Source: Octopus bimaculoides
Taxonomy: Eukaryota
Reading direction: 5' to 3'
DNA: 64,000 bases
Assembly: GCF_001194135.2 (NCBI RefSeq)
Contig: NC_068983.1
Location: forward strand, 115,674,893 to 115,738,892
In this document: in pieces, positions 62,820-64,000 of the stretch
Numbering within the stretch: position 1 is the first letter of the stretch
How the letters are laid out: the number at the start of each line of letters is the position of its first letter
Notes under the pieces: model-generated
Databases searched by the model: none
What the model saw: only the letters and a program-made list of their open reading frames with translations
Told to the model about the DNA's origin: nothing
Made by a program: the position numbers and the translations under genes

Positions 62820-64000
62820 AAATGGGCTTCTTTCAATTTCTGTCTACCAAATCCACTCACAAAGCTTTGGTCGGCCTCAGTCTATAGTAGAAGACACTCG
62901 CCCAAGGTATCACTCAGTGGGACTGAACCCAGAACCATGTGGCTGGGAAGCTAGCTTCTTACCACATAGCCATGCCTGCACCTGTATATATATATATGTG
63001 TATGTCTATATGTTTGTGTGTGTGTGTGTTTGTGCATGTGTTTTCGGCTAAGTGACCCATTCAATCAATCATGGTCCCATATAGATATCTATTAGATATC
63101 AGTGATCTTTATTAAATGTAGATATAACATACCTGAACGTCTAAGATGTTTGTTTCGTAATTGCAAGATCCAGGGGTTTGGATCATGCAGGGTGACATTT
63201 TAGACAAGTGTATTTTATCATAGCTTCTTGTTACCTAACCAAAGCCTTGCGAGTGAAATTGGGAACTTGTAATGGAAGCCCATTGGATGGATTAAATCTG
63301 TTATTGAAAGGGCTATCCCTTGTCAAACACTGCATCACACTGACTGTGTTTAAGAATTAATTCAATGTAAAATCTGTTTGTGAAATTCCCAGGCACTTAG
63401 ATGTTAACTCAATGAGCAAAGAGTTTTATTGATCAAACAATTGAATACTCATTGTGGAATCTTATGAACATACATTCACTTTTATATTAAACATGTAGGC
63501 TATCAGTCTGGTTTATATCTTAATATGTAAAAGTATATGTCTGCATGCATTAATGTATGTATGCATACATGTTTGCATGTGTGTATATATGAATGTATTT
63601 ATATATGTATGCATACATTTGTACATGTACGTATGCATGCATTCATATAGGTATGTATGCAGGAGTGGCTGTGTGGTAAGTAACTTGCTTACCAACCACA
63701 TGGTTCCGGGTTCAGTCCCACTGCGTGGCATCTTGGGCAAGTGTCTTCTACTATAGCCTCGGGTTAACCAAAGCCTTGTGAGTGGATTTGGTAGACGGAA
63801 ACTGAAAGAAGCCCGTCATCATCATCATCATCGTTTAATGTCCGCTTTCCATGCTAGCATGGGTTGGACGACTTGACTGAGGACTGGTGAAACCGGATGG
63901 CAACACCAGGCTCCAATCTAAATTTGGCAGAGTTTCTACAGCTGGATGCCCTTCCTAACGCCAACCACTCAGAGAGTGTAGTAGGTGCTTTTACGTGTCA

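Overview
AT-rich, microsatellite-dense animal genomic DNA with 7 assembly gaps. The repeat complement suggests an octopus/cephalopod (inference). The only host gene I can support is the 3' part of ATG2 (autophagy lipid-transfer protein): 14 plus-strand exons from 2611 to the stop at 29738. All have GT-AG introns and chain in frame to 722 aa plus stop; the gene start lies left of the window. The rest is introns and intergenic DNA filled with decayed or non-autonomous mobile elements: CR1, RTE and R4/Dong LINE remnants, three Penelope-like (PLE) fragments, maT (DD37D) and pogo/Tigger transposase fossils, Merlin-, hAT- and piggyBac-type MITEs, and several tRNA-derived SINE families. Best leads: (1) a degenerate minimal type-I hammerhead ribozyme at 47909-47954; (2) a 286-bp loopless palindrome at 36491-36776, centred on the internal palindrome of an RTE tail and truncating a maT element; (3) a repeated hairpin plus H-type pseudoknot unit in the RTE 3'UTR that has spread as many short copies; (4) a direct-repeat-bounded unit carrying a 27-bp minisatellite and a partial hammerhead core. 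Most ORFs in the supplied track are microsatellite or gap artefacts. Repeat boundaries are by eye and approximate; no database search was possible.
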